A stretch of DNA of 64,000 nt, from assembly GCA_016932785.1 (NCBI GenBank), contig JAFGCJ010000002.1, forward strand, positions 209,777 through 273,776, given 5' to 3'. The position numbers were made by a program, and so were the translations under genes. Positions 10,632 through 19,966 of the stretch are shown here, piece by piece. Each line of letters begins with the position of its first letter. The stretch's first letter is position 1. The notes under the pieces were generated by a model that saw only the letters and a list, made by a program, of their open reading frames with translations, had not been told where the DNA came from and did not search any database. Source of the DNA: Candidatus Dojkabacteria bacterium (GTDB lineage Bacteria > Patescibacteriota > Dojkabacteria > SC72 > JAFGCJ01).

Positions 10632-11555
10632 CTATTCCAGAAACAAACCCTGAGGAGGATTCGAAGAAACACCCTGAGTCGCAACCAAATTAAAATCATT
10701 CTCCCTTGAAGCCAAAAGGAAAACATTCCCCTCTCGATTTAATTGCTCCAGTGAATCTTTGAACTTCTTCCATGCTAAATAGTCGGCAAGATTTGAGGTG
10801 TAAATAATATTTGTACGCATAGAGAAATCCGTCAATGAAGCAACATAGCTCAAAACCTTCTGCTCGAAAAAATCAGAAAACCCAAACCCTATATTTTGTT
10901 CATCGGACAATTGCTTAATCTGTGCCCATTTCTCGCGAATAACGGCAAACACCGAAATTACATCTCTTCCTCTCTGTCTACCTACCACTCCTGTATCAGG
11001 AACATGTTCAATAGCAAAACTGACGTCAGATGATAAACTTCCAACATCAACCTCGGAAAATAACTTTTTTAATTTCTCTGAAGTCTCCTCATCAATAACC
11101 GACTCAACTGCTGTGCCGAAGATCGAAGGTGAGGATATCTTCCCTATGAAATCATCATATCCATCTGATGCACGAATCAAAGCAATAGTGGCTCTACCCA
11201 ACAGCACTGCATCAGGAAGGATGTCAACAGAAAGAATTGCTTTCGGCAACACATCATCAAAGAGCATTAAGGTCCCCAGTACATTTCCAGCACCGGTACC
11301 ATACACAAATCCATCTGGATTACAGCCATCAGGAAGAACTTTGCCCGTATCCATATACTCATTTGTTGCCAAAAGTGCAGGAGGTATATCACCTCTTTCT
11401 AATACCCTTACTGGAACTTCCCCTGAAGCAAGTAATCCAGAAGAGTAGTGCTCAAAATTCGTACCAATTGAACTGACTCTCAGAGAACCTTCATGATCTG
11501 CCATACGGGCTTCATTTGGAAAATCGGAGTCCCCTGTCATAATTTGCATTACCAT
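10632..11555 (-). CDS. hypothetical protein (307 aa)
   Basis: Long ORF with no confidently recognised motif. Confidence 0.55.
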   Translation of the reverse strand: MVMQIMTGDSDFPNEARMADHEGSLRVSSIGTNFEHYSSGLLASGEVPVRVLERGDIPPALLATNEYMDTGKVLPDGCNPDGFVYGTGAGNVLGTLMLFDDVLPKAILSVDILPDAVLLGRATIALIRASDGYDDFIGKISSPSIFGTAVESVIDEETSEKLKKLFSEVDVGSLSSDVSFAIEHVPDTGVVGRQRGRDVISVFAVIREKWAQIKQLSDEQNIGFGFSDFFEQKVLSYVASLTDFSMRTNIIYTSNLADYLAWKKFKDSLEQLNREGNVFLLASRENDFNLVATQGVSSNPPQGLFLE

Positions 11556-11701
11556 AGTTTTTATTATTGCACATTTCAGACCCTAAATATATTGGCCTAA
11601 GTTTAATCTCCTAGAAAAACCTGAAAGTATGGTTTTCAGAAAGTTTTCGCTGGAGAAATTGTACTTGGAGAATCGCAGGGTGGGACAATTAAGACTAGCA
11701 C

Positions 11702-12451
11702 TCAGGGCTTTTTCCACTCACCCATACCAAAATCAGTAGGATAAAGAACATATTCCTCCTTCAAATTTTCACTTGAGACAATTTCTATCAATTTGTCAGC
11801 AACCCATTCAGGTGTGAAATACGCTCTACCCTCTTTACTAAGTTTAATCTTCTCCTCAACAGTTAATGGGCCAAGACCGGTCAGAGTACTACCAAGGGTT
11901 ATCAGAACAACTTTAAGTCCATTATCTTTAAGCTCCTCAGTAAGGCTCAATGATAAGCCTCGAAGAGCAAACTTCGTTGCAACATATACACTACGACCCT
12001 TCATACCCATTGTTCCAGCTCCCGATCCAACATTGATAACGATCGGCCTCTCAGATTTTTGAAGACTATCAAGAAATTGCTTAATAAGAATAAAAGGTGC
12101 TGTTACATTCACATCAAAAGAATCTTCCCAGTCCTGAATGGTAGCCTCATTGACATCTTTGTATACAGCAACCCCGGCCACGTTGAACAGCATATCAAGA
12201 GTTCTGTTCTCACAAGAAATCTTCTTCACTAACTTTTCAACAGCTCCAGGTTCAGTGAAATCACAAATGTAATACTGCCCCCCTTTGTGTTTATCGGCCA
12301 TTTGCTCAAGTTTACTTTTATTCCTCCCAATAAGAATCAATTCTGCACCAAGCTCGGCAAGTTTTTCAGCGAGGACACTTCCGATTCCACCACTAGCACC
12401 TGTTATAAGAATTTTCTTTTGGTTAAAAATATGTGAAGGGCTATTGTTCAT
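11702..12451 (-). CDS. short-chain dehydrogenase/reductase (SDR)
   Basis: TGASGGIGSVLA cofactor motif and a catalytic YVATK (YxxxK). Confidence 0.85.
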   Translation of the reverse strand: MNNSPSHIFNQKKILITGASGGIGSVLAEKLAELGAELILIGRNKSKLEQMADKHKGGQYYICDFTEPGAVEKLVKKISCENRTLDMLFNVAGVAVYKDVNEATIQDWEDSFDVNVTAPFILIKQFLDSLQKSERPIVINVGSGAGTMGMKGRSVYVATKFALRGLSLSLTEELKDNGLKVVLITLGSTLTGLGPLTVEEKIKLSKEGRAYFTPEWVADKLIEIVSSENLKEEYVLYPTDFGMGEWKKP

Positions 12452-12587
12452 AAAGAATGTTAAGGATTTTATTACTTTTATTTTACATAAAATATAGTGT
12501 AACCAAAAGCGAACCCGTGTTCGTCCACAAACAGACCAAAATATATAAAGTGCTATAATCCAAATATAACCTTACACACCTAAACCA

Positions 12588-13118
12588 ATGGGCAGAATTC
12601 AAATTGTTGATTCAAACGACAAAGTAATTGGTCCAATGAGTAGAGAAGATGCTACTTCTCAAAAAAAGATTAGAAGAATAGTGAGAGTACTATTAATGAA
12701 TTCAAACGGTCAGTTCCTTCTTCAGAAAAGAAGTGCAACAAAGAACATTTTTCCTTCTGCATATGACCAGACAGTGGGAGGTCATGTTGACGAAGGTGAA
12801 GATTATATTGACGCTGCAGTAAGAGAAACCAAAGAAGAAATAGGGCTCAATATTCGAGAACAAGATCTAGATGTAATTGCACACTTCTACTCAGAAGAGG
12901 TCTGGAACGACGTGTTCATTCGTATGTTCAATAAACTTTTTTTACTTAAGAGTGAAGCTCTGGATTTAAACTCTGATAAAACAGAAGTCGAGAATCTCGT
13001 CTGGTTTTCTAGGGACGAAATTGACGAAATGTTTAATAATGCTATTGAAAAGCTATCGGGTGGTTTCAGAATAGCTTGGATCGAGTACAAAAAGTTTACA
13101 GGTGAAGTAAAACTGTAG
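12588..13118 (+). CDS. NUDIX hydrolase
   Basis: Nudix box GGHVDEGEDYIDAAVRETKEEIGL. Confidence 0.85.
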   Translation: MGRIQIVDSNDKVIGPMSREDATSQKKIRRIVRVLLMNSNGQFLLQKRSATKNIFPSAYDQTVGGHVDEGEDYIDAAVRETKEEIGLNIREQDLDVIAHFYSEEVWNDVFIRMFNKLFLLKSEALDLNSDKTEVENLVWFSRDEIDEMFNNAIEKLSGGFRIAWIEYKKFTGEVKL

Positions 13119-13173
13119 AAATGGGCCTTGCTATACGATGTCGGAAATTTTTTGAAATGCCATATGGAGATTG

Positions 13174-13260
13174 TTATACCGGTATTTTATACAGGTACAA
13201 TTGATCTCGAGACTTCGGTAGTGTAATCCAGAACAGGATATTGGACGTGGGAAAAATAGC
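13174..13260 (+). repeat. 87-bp imperfect direct repeat, copy A (partner at 14006-14092)
   Basis: My ungapped hand alignment gives 67/87 identical positions. Both copies contain AGGTACAATTGAT.TCGAGAC and CGTGGGAAAAA. Confidence 0.8.
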
Positions 13261-13266
13261 TCAAAA

Positions 13267-13968
13267 CTAATTCCCATAAGCAAGATCAACAGCAACATGT
13301 GCTAGCACTTCCAATGAATCAACCAATTTTACATCTATATCATTTTGAGAAACCGCTAGAGATAATTCTGTACATCCAACAATGATTATTTCTGCACCTC
13401 GGACATTCAAATCACAAACAATCCTCTTCAGGACTTTAGTGTCGTCCTTATTATTTGCCCCTCCCATTACATTTCTAATTACATTCTTGAGTTCAATATT
13501 TTGACTTTGTGTTACATTTATTCCGTGTAAACCCAAACTTTCGAGGAACTTTATATAAAGTTTAGTTTCGTAAGTACTAATTCCAGATAAAACACCGACA
13601 TTACGAGAACCAATCGCTTTCGCTTTCTTACAAACTTCCTCAATAATACTTATTATTGGTATTCCAACTTCATTCCTCATATCATCAATAAACTCATGGA
13701 CAGAGTTACAAGGAATAACAATAAAATCAGCTCCATCGGACTCAATCTTTTTCACATAGTTCAAAAGTTGTTCTTTCACGATTCTTCTGTCTGTGATGCC
13801 TTTCTCTCCAAAACCCTCTAAACCTATCGAATATACTATAGATGGTGGATATTCGTTATCTTGAACTGCACCAGACTTAATCTGAGAAAATTTCACCAAA
13901 TATCTCATAAACTCTGCTGTAACAACAGGTCCCATTCCTCCAAGAACTCCAATCGTTTTGAGATTCAT
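13267..13968 (-). CDS. aspartate/glutamate racemase family protein
   Basis: GGMGP motif plus the two catalytic-Cys blocks, IPCNSVH and VGCTELS. Confidence 0.8.
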   Translation of the reverse strand: MNLKTIGVLGGMGPVVTAEFMRYLVKFSQIKSGAVQDNEYPPSIVYSIGLEGFGEKGITDRRIVKEQLLNYVKKIESDGADFIVIPCNSVHEFIDDMRNEVGIPIISIIEEVCKKAKAIGSRNVGVLSGISTYETKLYIKFLESLGLHGINVTQSQNIELKNVIRNVMGGANNKDDTKVLKRIVCDLNVRGAEIIIVGCTELSLAVSQNDIDVKLVDSLEVLAHVAVDLAYGN

Positions 13969-14005
13969 CTTATCAAGTATTTCAAATAAAGAGGCCTCAT
14001 CTGAA

Positions 14006-14092
14006 TTATACCAATGTTTAGCAAAGGTACAATTGATTTCGAGACAGCAGTATTGTAAATCGGAACAGGGTATAGGTCGTGGGAAAAAAAGA
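14006..14092 (+). repeat. 87-bp imperfect direct repeat, copy B
   Basis: See copy A. This copy lies just upstream of an extended -10-like TGCTATAAT (14100-14108) and the ATG at 14148. Confidence 0.8.
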
Positions 14093-14147
14093 CATCTGCT
14101 GCTATAATCAATCTACACAAATCCTAAAATATCAGTACTCTCTAAAT

Positions 14148-14936
14148 ATGAAGCTAATATTCGCAAACGTAAGCCACGGATTTGTATATGCTCATGACTT
14201 GGAGAAGCATGAAAGTATGGTGTTCAAAAAGTTCTCAATTCCAGGATATGCCGATTATTTTAAAAATCAGAAACCAGATATTCTATGTCTTTCAGAAGCT
14301 CTAATAGACAATAAAAAGGGTGATAGCCTATTTGTCAACGAAGTTTCTAAGGCAACGGGATTAAAAAACGTAAAAATTCTACGTTCAGAAGATTCCTGGC
14401 TTTATGTAGGGAAGCACTATGGCATGGCAGTACTTTCCAGATATCCAATTGAAGAATATGAAACATTCAAATTGCCCAATCCAAACTTCGAAACCATAAG
14501 ACCAAACGGAGATCACTGGGTTCTTCATGACAAGTATGCACAATATTTAAGGCTCAACATCAACGGACAGGATTTAAATCTATTCACCCTCCACTACTTT
14601 CCAGTTCACCATTTCAAAAAGTCAATACAGAGCAAAGAAATGAAGCCGTACCGCAAAGCTTTATCAGAATATTTCACTTCGAAGGGTTTTGATACCCCAA
14701 CAGTGATAGTCGGAGATTTTAATGATAAAGGGGCCAAGTTAAAAGATGTTTTTCCTGAACTATTCGAAGGGAACATATTAAAAGAAGCCATCGAAGTCGA
14801 GACGACAATCTGTGACGGTACTGACCAACTTGACCACATACTTTATACACACAAGCTAATCAAACTTAAAACCGCAAAAACAGAGAAATTTCTATCTGAT
14901 CACTATGCATTAATCTCCGAATTTGAATTACCATAG
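14148..14936 (+). CDS. endonuclease/exonuclease/phosphatase (EEP) family protein
   Basis: VIVGDFN and the C-terminal SDHYAL motif. I prefer the ATG at 14148 because the GTG at 14079 lies inside the repeat. Confidence 0.75.
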   Translation: MKLIFANVSHGFVYAHDLEKHESMVFKKFSIPGYADYFKNQKPDILCLSEALIDNKKGDSLFVNEVSKATGLKNVKILRSEDSWLYVGKHYGMAVLSRYPIEEYETFKLPNPNFETIRPNGDHWVLHDKYAQYLRLNINGQDLNLFTLHYFPVHHFKKSIQSKEMKPYRKALSEYFTSKGFDTPTVIVGDFNDKGAKLKDVFPELFEGNILKEAIEVETTICDGTDQLDHILYTHKLIKLKTAKTEKFLSDHYALISEFELP

Positions 14937-15015
14937 CACAGGAAGTTGTACACCAGTTCCAACCAACCAATACTCACTCTATTTTAGAGCCTTTCACAAA
15001 AGCATTCTCCGGAAA

Positions 15016-15089
15016 TGGGCGGTATAGGACTTGAACCTATGGCCTCTGCAGTGTCATTGCAGTGCTCTAGCCAGCTGAGCTAACCGCCC
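15016..15089 (-). tRNA. tRNA-Val (anticodon GAC)
   Basis: I folded the cloverleaf manually: acceptor GGGCGGT/ACCGCCC, D arm GCTC/GAGC, anticodon arm CTGCA-ATGACAC-TGCAG, T arm ATAGG-TTCAAGT-CCTAT. No CCA is encoded. Confidence 0.85.
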
Positions 15090-15164
15090 CAAAATGATAT
15101 CAATCAAAACGAACTGCAAAATTCTAAAAGAGTATTTCCTCCTTGTCAATTGCCAAACATCACT

Positions 15165-15743
15165 CTACTTCAGAATTTTGTCTACAAGGCCATAATCCAT
15201 AGCCTCTTTCGCCGACATCCACCTGTTTCTATCGGCATCCTTTTCAATTACACCTTTAGTCTTTCCGGTTCTCTTAGCCAGTATCTCGTACAACCTATTT
15301 CTAACTTGTATAGCATGCTTCGCTTCAATATCAATATCAGTTACCTGGCCCTCAATTCCACCGATTGGCTGATGAATCATTGTTTCTGAGTTTGGTAAAA
15401 CAAATCTCTTTCCTTTTTCTCCACATGCAAGAATTGCGGCCGCCATACTAGCTGCCAAGCCAACATTAATAGTAGAAACATCCGGTTTAATATGGCCCAT
15501 TGTGTCGATAATGGACATACCAGCCACAACCTCACCTCCAGGACTGTTAATATAGATCTTGATATCCTCTCCAGGATTTTCTTTCTCCAGGAAAAGAAGC
15601 TGCGCAACAACAAGATTTGCAACTTTCAGATCAATAGCCGAACCGATAAATATAATCCTGTCTTCAAGAAGTCTTGAGAAAATGTCATAGGCAACTTCAC
15701 GGCCTTTTCTCTTTTCTACAACTGTTGGAATTAACATACTCAT
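15165..15743 (-). CDS. clpP: ATP-dependent Clp protease proteolytic subunit
   Basis: [26 protein letters not shown] (active-site Ser) and MIHQP (His). Typical length of 192 aa. Confidence 0.95.
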   Translation of the reverse strand: MSMLIPTVVEKRKGREVAYDIFSRLLEDRIIFIGSAIDLKVANLVVAQLLFLEKENPGEDIKIYINSPGGEVVAGMSIIDTMGHIKPDVSTINVGLAASMAAAILACGEKGKRFVLPNSETMIHQPIGGIEGQVTDIDIEAKHAIQVRNRLYEILAKRTGKTKGVIEKDADRNRWMSAKEAMDYGLVDKILK

Positions 15744-15819
15744 TCGAATTACTATTACAGATTAATGAAATAATTATATCACGAAGTCGCTTTTCCTCAG
15801 AAAAAATAACCACAGAAAC

Positions 15820-16821
15820 CTACCATTTTGAGCTGCTTCCGCCTCCACCAAATGAACCCCCTCCGCTACTAAATCCTCCAGAAGATCCACCAGAAGAACT
15901 GCTAAACCCGGAGCTAGAAAAACTTCTAGAAGAAAATCCTCCCAGACTCCTTACAAAACCCGTTCCAATGCCTCTTTTCTTTCTAACCTTGTAGTTTTTG
16001 GAGAGAATATAGTCGAAAACCAATCCGAGCACTGTTAAAACAGGAGCCAACCCAAAGAAACTCAGGAAACCCCATGCCCCCAATGCTCCCGATAATCCCA
16101 GCCAAACCGAAGCTGCTACAGATAGTCCAAAGCCAACGACTCCTCCCATCCACCAGCTTCTCGTTCGACCAAGAAACGCTGACATATATGGCAATACTAT
16201 AAACAAGAAAACAGCTCCACAGATCATGGCCTGAACACCAAACGATCCTCCATTTTCTTTTTTCAGATCAGCACTGCTATACTCCCCGGTAACAGCCTCC
16301 ATAATCGCTTCTACTCCTTTTTCAATACCCGTACTGTAGTCTCCTTCTTTAAAGTACGGCTTTACAACATCCTCCTGAATTTCCTGCGTTTCCAGATCGG
16401 TAAGTGCTCCCTCAAGTCCGTATCCTACATCAATCCTCATCTCGCGATCATCGATTACAATGGTAAATATAACGCCATTATCATATTCTTCCTGCCCTGC
16501 CGCCCATTCCGGGTTTCTATCTGTCAGTGCGGGAATGAATTCGTCGATTAGGAAGTCTTCGGGAAGCTTATTTACCGTAATTACAAGTATTTGAGTCGAT
16601 TCTTTCTCGTCAAATTGCTCTAATTTAGAATCAAGCTGCTCATCGTTATTAATGACATTAGCAAAGTCATTGACGTATTTGCCTTCAGGGTCTGGAAAAT
16701 CAATGGGGTCTGCAGCCGATACTTCAGCCACATTTATACCGACTAGAACAACTGTAAATATTAACGATATGGCAAGCGAAGATAGAACTTTCTTAAGCAT
16801 TCTTTTCGAGAGAGTATTCAA
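15820..16821 (-). CDS. TPM-domain membrane protein with Gly/Ser-rich tail
   Basis: Signal peptide, a TPM-like block (DNGVIFTIVIDDREMRIDVGYGLEGALTD), TM segments and a GGSSGGFSSGGGSFGGGG tail. It lies next to LemA, a known pairing. Confidence 0.8.
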   Translation of the reverse strand: MNTLSKRMLKKVLSSLAISLIFTVVLVGINVAEVSAADPIDFPDPEGKYVNDFANVINNDEQLDSKLEQFDEKESTQILVITVNKLPEDFLIDEFIPALTDRNPEWAAGQEEYDNGVIFTIVIDDREMRIDVGYGLEGALTDLETQEIQEDVVKPYFKEGDYSTGIEKGVEAIMEAVTGEYSSADLKKENGGSFGVQAMICGAVFLFIVLPYMSAFLGRTRSWWMGGVVGFGLSVAASVWLGLSGALGAWGFLSFFGLAPVLTVLGLVFDYILSKNYKVRKKRGIGTGFVRSLGGFSSRSFSSSGFSSSSGGSSGGFSSGGGSFGGGGSSSKW

Positions 16822-16834
16822 TTAATAATTCCAT

Positions 16835-17494
16835 TTATTCTGAATCAGAGTCTTCCAAGCCCTCCGTGCTTGTATCTGTATCCTCAGTTTCTTCTTCATC
16901 ATCCTGAAGATCAACAGTTGGAGCTATATCTGCTCCTTCTGCAGACTCAAATCTTTCCTTCTCATCAAAGTGAAGGAAAATACTATTGATTAAGCTGTTG
17001 GGAAATACCCTAATCTTCTTGTTAAAGTCTGTAACCTCATCGTTATATCTATTTCTTTCAACCGCTATCCTATTCTCAGTACCCTCAAGCTCCACCATAA
17101 GATCTCTTACTGTTTCATCACTCTTCAATTCCGGATAGTTCTCCATTATTACAAGAAGACGCCCAAGTGCAGACTCAACTTCGTTGGCGGCTTCAACTTT
17201 TTCAGCACTCCCCGACTCTGCACCAGAATACTTTGTCCTGGCGTCAGCAATATCACCAAAGACCTTCTGCTCCTGTTCCATATATCCTTTAACAGAAGCA
17301 ACAAGATTCGGGATCAAATCAAATCTACGCTGGTATTGAGTCTCAACTTTGGCCCAGGAGTTATCAACATCCTCTTCCATCTGAACCAAATTGTTACTAA
17401 GTCCTATAACAGCTGCCGCGATGATTATTCCCGCAACGACAAGGACCCCGAAACATCCAGCAATCGCAATAAGTGTTTTCTTCATAGAAGTCAA
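16835..17494 (-). CDS. lemA: LemA family protein
   Basis: N-terminal TM segment, then WAKVETQYQRRFDLIPNLVASVKGY, typical of LemA. Confidence 0.9.
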   Translation of the reverse strand: MTSMKKTLIAIAGCFGVLVVAGIIIAAAVIGLSNNLVQMEEDVDNSWAKVETQYQRRFDLIPNLVASVKGYMEQEQKVFGDIADARTKYSGAESGSAEKVEAANEVESALGRLLVIMENYPELKSDETVRDLMVELEGTENRIAVERNRYNDEVTDFNKKIRVFPNSLINSIFLHFDEKERFESAEGADIAPTVDLQDDEEETEDTDTSTEGLEDSDSE

Positions 17495-17601
17495 CTTTTT
17501 TTAAAAGTTAAAAAGGCTAGAAAATCCAGCCCAAAGAAATCATTTAAAGCCCAGGAGGCTGGAAAACCAACCTCACAGGACTTCTTAATACTAATTTCAG
17601 C

Positions 17602-17967
17602 TTAGCTCTCTGTGCTCTTCTTTGGTGCTGCAGCTGTCCACTCTTTCTTCTTTGTGAAGAAGTAGACCCAGTCAGCCAAAGGAACAAATAGAACCAGGAG
17701 AATCCACATAGTCTTCTTGTCTTCGGGTGCATTTTTTATAACATGCACAAGCATCCAGATTCTGAATGCAAGTAAACCGAGAGAAAGAAGCATTATGCAG
17801 CACCAGACCAACCAAAATGCGCCGAATAATCCAGCCGCAGCTTCATCCGATGAGGATGATGTGGTTGAATATTCATAATCCCACTGTGCAAGTGCAGCAG
17901 TTGCGCTTGATAGAAATAATGTTGCTCCGGCGATTGCTCCGCCTAGCTTTGTAACTACTTTTCTCAT
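17602..17967 (-). CDS. small membrane protein, PLD-nuclease N-terminal (PLDc_N)-like
   Basis: Signal peptide followed by RIWMLVHVIKNAPEDKKTMWILLVLFVPLADWVYFF, which resembles PLDc_N. Confidence 0.5.
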   Translation of the reverse strand: MRKVVTKLGGAIAGATLFLSSATAALAQWDYEYSTTSSSSDEAAAGLFGAFWLVWCCIMLLSLGLLAFRIWMLVHVIKNAPEDKKTMWILLVLFVPLADWVYFFTKKKEWTAAAPKKSTES

Positions 17968-17984
17968 CTAGGAGAAATAATAAA

Positions 17985-19094
17985 TTATTTACCTTTGCCG
18001 GTTGAGGTTTCAGATTTTTTATCAATCTTATTTCCCGGGGCAGGTCTCTCGGCAAAGACTTTCGGATCAGCTTCTCGTAAGAAAGAAGCAAATGATTTTC
18101 GCTTTAATAATACTCTTTGAATATAACTTTTCCATTGTTCATTGTCAAACAATTCTTCAGATTTCTCACTATCTTTTGATTGGGCTCGAATCATATCAAT
18201 CTCGGCTTTAAGTTCATCGTCAGTTACCTCGACTTTTCTATCTTTGGAGTACTGAGAAAGAAAAATGTCATTCTGCAGTGCCTCAAGTGAATCTTTTTTC
18301 CACTGTTCTTTGAGCTGCTCCATGGTAACCCCGCGGATCTGGCAAAACTGTTCTTCACTCACTTTCATTTGTTTGAGTTGCTCCTGAAAAGATCGTTCTC
18401 TTTCCTCGGCTTCAAATTCAACGGCTTTATCGGGAACATCTATCTTAGCTGCCTTTATTGCCGCAGCTAAGATAGCAGAACTATACTGTTGATTTACAAT
18501 ATTCTGCTTCTGAATCTTCATGGCCTCTTTTATTTCCTCTTCAAAATCCTTCTTGGTCTCAGACTTAAATCCTAATTTCTTGGCAGTTTCTTTTACCCAC
18601 TTATCATCCATGTTCTTTGCCTTACCCTTATGTTCCTGCCACAATTTCTTCATGAATGAATCGATCTCTTTATCTTCTACCTCAGCATTTTCTCTTTTTA
18701 CATTAAGGCTTTTCAGACTTGGAATTTTGAAACTTGGAATGACAGAAGCCACTGCCTTGAATTTCACCGGCTTCGACGGATCAAGATTTTCTATCTTATA
18801 CTCCAAAGGAGCGACAGGAAGAATCTCCTCTTTTCTCAGAACCATTACCGCCATACTCGGCATCACCTTTGACAGCGCAGACTCTAACGCCTTTGTTCCA
18901 TATGCTTTTTCTGTCATCTCCTTGGGTGCTTTTCCCGGTCTAAACCCTTTTGCATTGAAATCCTTGGAGGCGTTTTCCAATTCTGTCTTGTAGGTCTTAT
19001 CGAGTACGTCTTTCGGAATAGTAATTTCAAGTTCTACTTCAGTAGAAGAAATATCCTTTCGAGAATACTCAGGGGTTTGTTTTTCATCTTTCAT
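17985..19094 (-). CDS. tig: trigger factor (short form, no recognisable FKBP/PPIase domain)
   Basis: N-terminal ribosome-binding signature GFRPGKAPKEM and a C-terminal helical arm region. I chose the ATG at 19094 over the TTG at 19121. Confidence 0.8.
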   Translation of the reverse strand: MKDEKQTPEYSRKDISSTEVELEITIPKDVLDKTYKTELENASKDFNAKGFRPGKAPKEMTEKAYGTKALESALSKVMPSMAVMVLRKEEILPVAPLEYKIENLDPSKPVKFKAVASVIPSFKIPSLKSLNVKRENAEVEDKEIDSFMKKLWQEHKGKAKNMDDKWVKETAKKLGFKSETKKDFEEEIKEAMKIQKQNIVNQQYSSAILAAAIKAAKIDVPDKAVEFEAEERERSFQEQLKQMKVSEEQFCQIRGVTMEQLKEQWKKDSLEALQNDIFLSQYSKDRKVEVTDDELKAEIDMIRAQSKDSEKSEELFDNEQWKSYIQRVLLKRKSFASFLREADPKVFAERPAPGNKIDKKSETSTGKGK

Positions 19095-19117
19095 AATGAG
19101 GTGAGTATACCATAAAA

Positions 19118-19852
19118 TCAAATTACACTACCCACTTTGTCCTGAATAGCTACAACAACTAGTCTTTTCTCTGAAGTCCACAACGGTGTACAAGTAACAA
19201 GAGTTATCCTGTAATCACTTGAGTTGTCCAGAACTTCGGAATTGCTTTTCTCCACTATTTTAGTCTCAACAACAGTATATGAAAAATCACCATCGGTCTG
19301 AATAATCTCAATTTTATCTCCTACCTTAATCTTGTCCAAATAAAAAAACGTATCTGTACTTGGAGGCAACTTGTCAAACCGATGACCAAATATCACAGTA
19401 TTTCCCCTTTTACCGGGCTCAGAGGACAGGGGGTAATGCCAGAATCCTTTCAACATGCTTTCCTGAGAAATCCCATCTACAACCTTACCTTCAATGGAGA
19501 CCGAAGACACTTTCAATACAGTGTTTTTCGCTTCAAGATCTGCCAATGATACTTCCTGTGAATCTGAGATATACTCCATGCTTTCATTTCCATTTCCTAA
19601 TGTATCATCACCAGCATCAGATTCGATAATTTCACTAACATTATAGTTCGGAGGAGAGAGACGAATCATAAGCAATACACCACTGTGATACCCGAGATTA
19701 TACGGAGATAACTGCTTTAACTCCAAAAATGACCCTTTATATTCCGAGAGTAAGGGATAACCGATAAATAACACTACAGCGACAGTGAAGCCTGTCAAGA
19801 TCAAACCTGTAATAATTCTGTATATCACATTGTTGTTTCTACTATCAGTCAT
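19118..19852 (-). CDS. sortase family transpeptidase
   Basis: N-terminal TM segment, VIFGHR (His) and the TLVTCTP catalytic-Cys motif. Confidence 0.8.
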   Translation of the reverse strand: MTDSRNNNVIYRIITGLILTGFTVAVVLFIGYPLLSEYKGSFLELKQLSPYNLGYHSGVLLMIRLSPPNYNVSEIIESDAGDDTLGNGNESMEYISDSQEVSLADLEAKNTVLKVSSVSIEGKVVDGISQESMLKGFWHYPLSSEPGKRGNTVIFGHRFDKLPPSTDTFFYLDKIKVGDKIEIIQTDGDFSYTVVETKIVEKSNSEVLDNSSDYRITLVTCTPLWTSEKRLVVVAIQDKVGSVI

Positions 19853-19966
19853 AAATGGAAACCTATTTTACAGTTTTCTAACAACATAAACCGAGATTTT
19901 GCACGTCATATACTATTTATGTATAATGATATTATATACCATCTAAATTTGACAGCCCATCAATAG

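Noticed and set aside
15674-15994. ORF 15674-15994 with a Pro-rich PPPPNEPPPLLNPPEDPPEE stretch
   Set aside because: It is the antisense of the Gly/Ser-rich tail of the TPM-domain gene and overlaps the clpP start region.
15820-17494. LemA plus TPM-domain gene pair as a possible novel system
   Set aside because: This adjacency is a well-known widespread pairing and is not novel.
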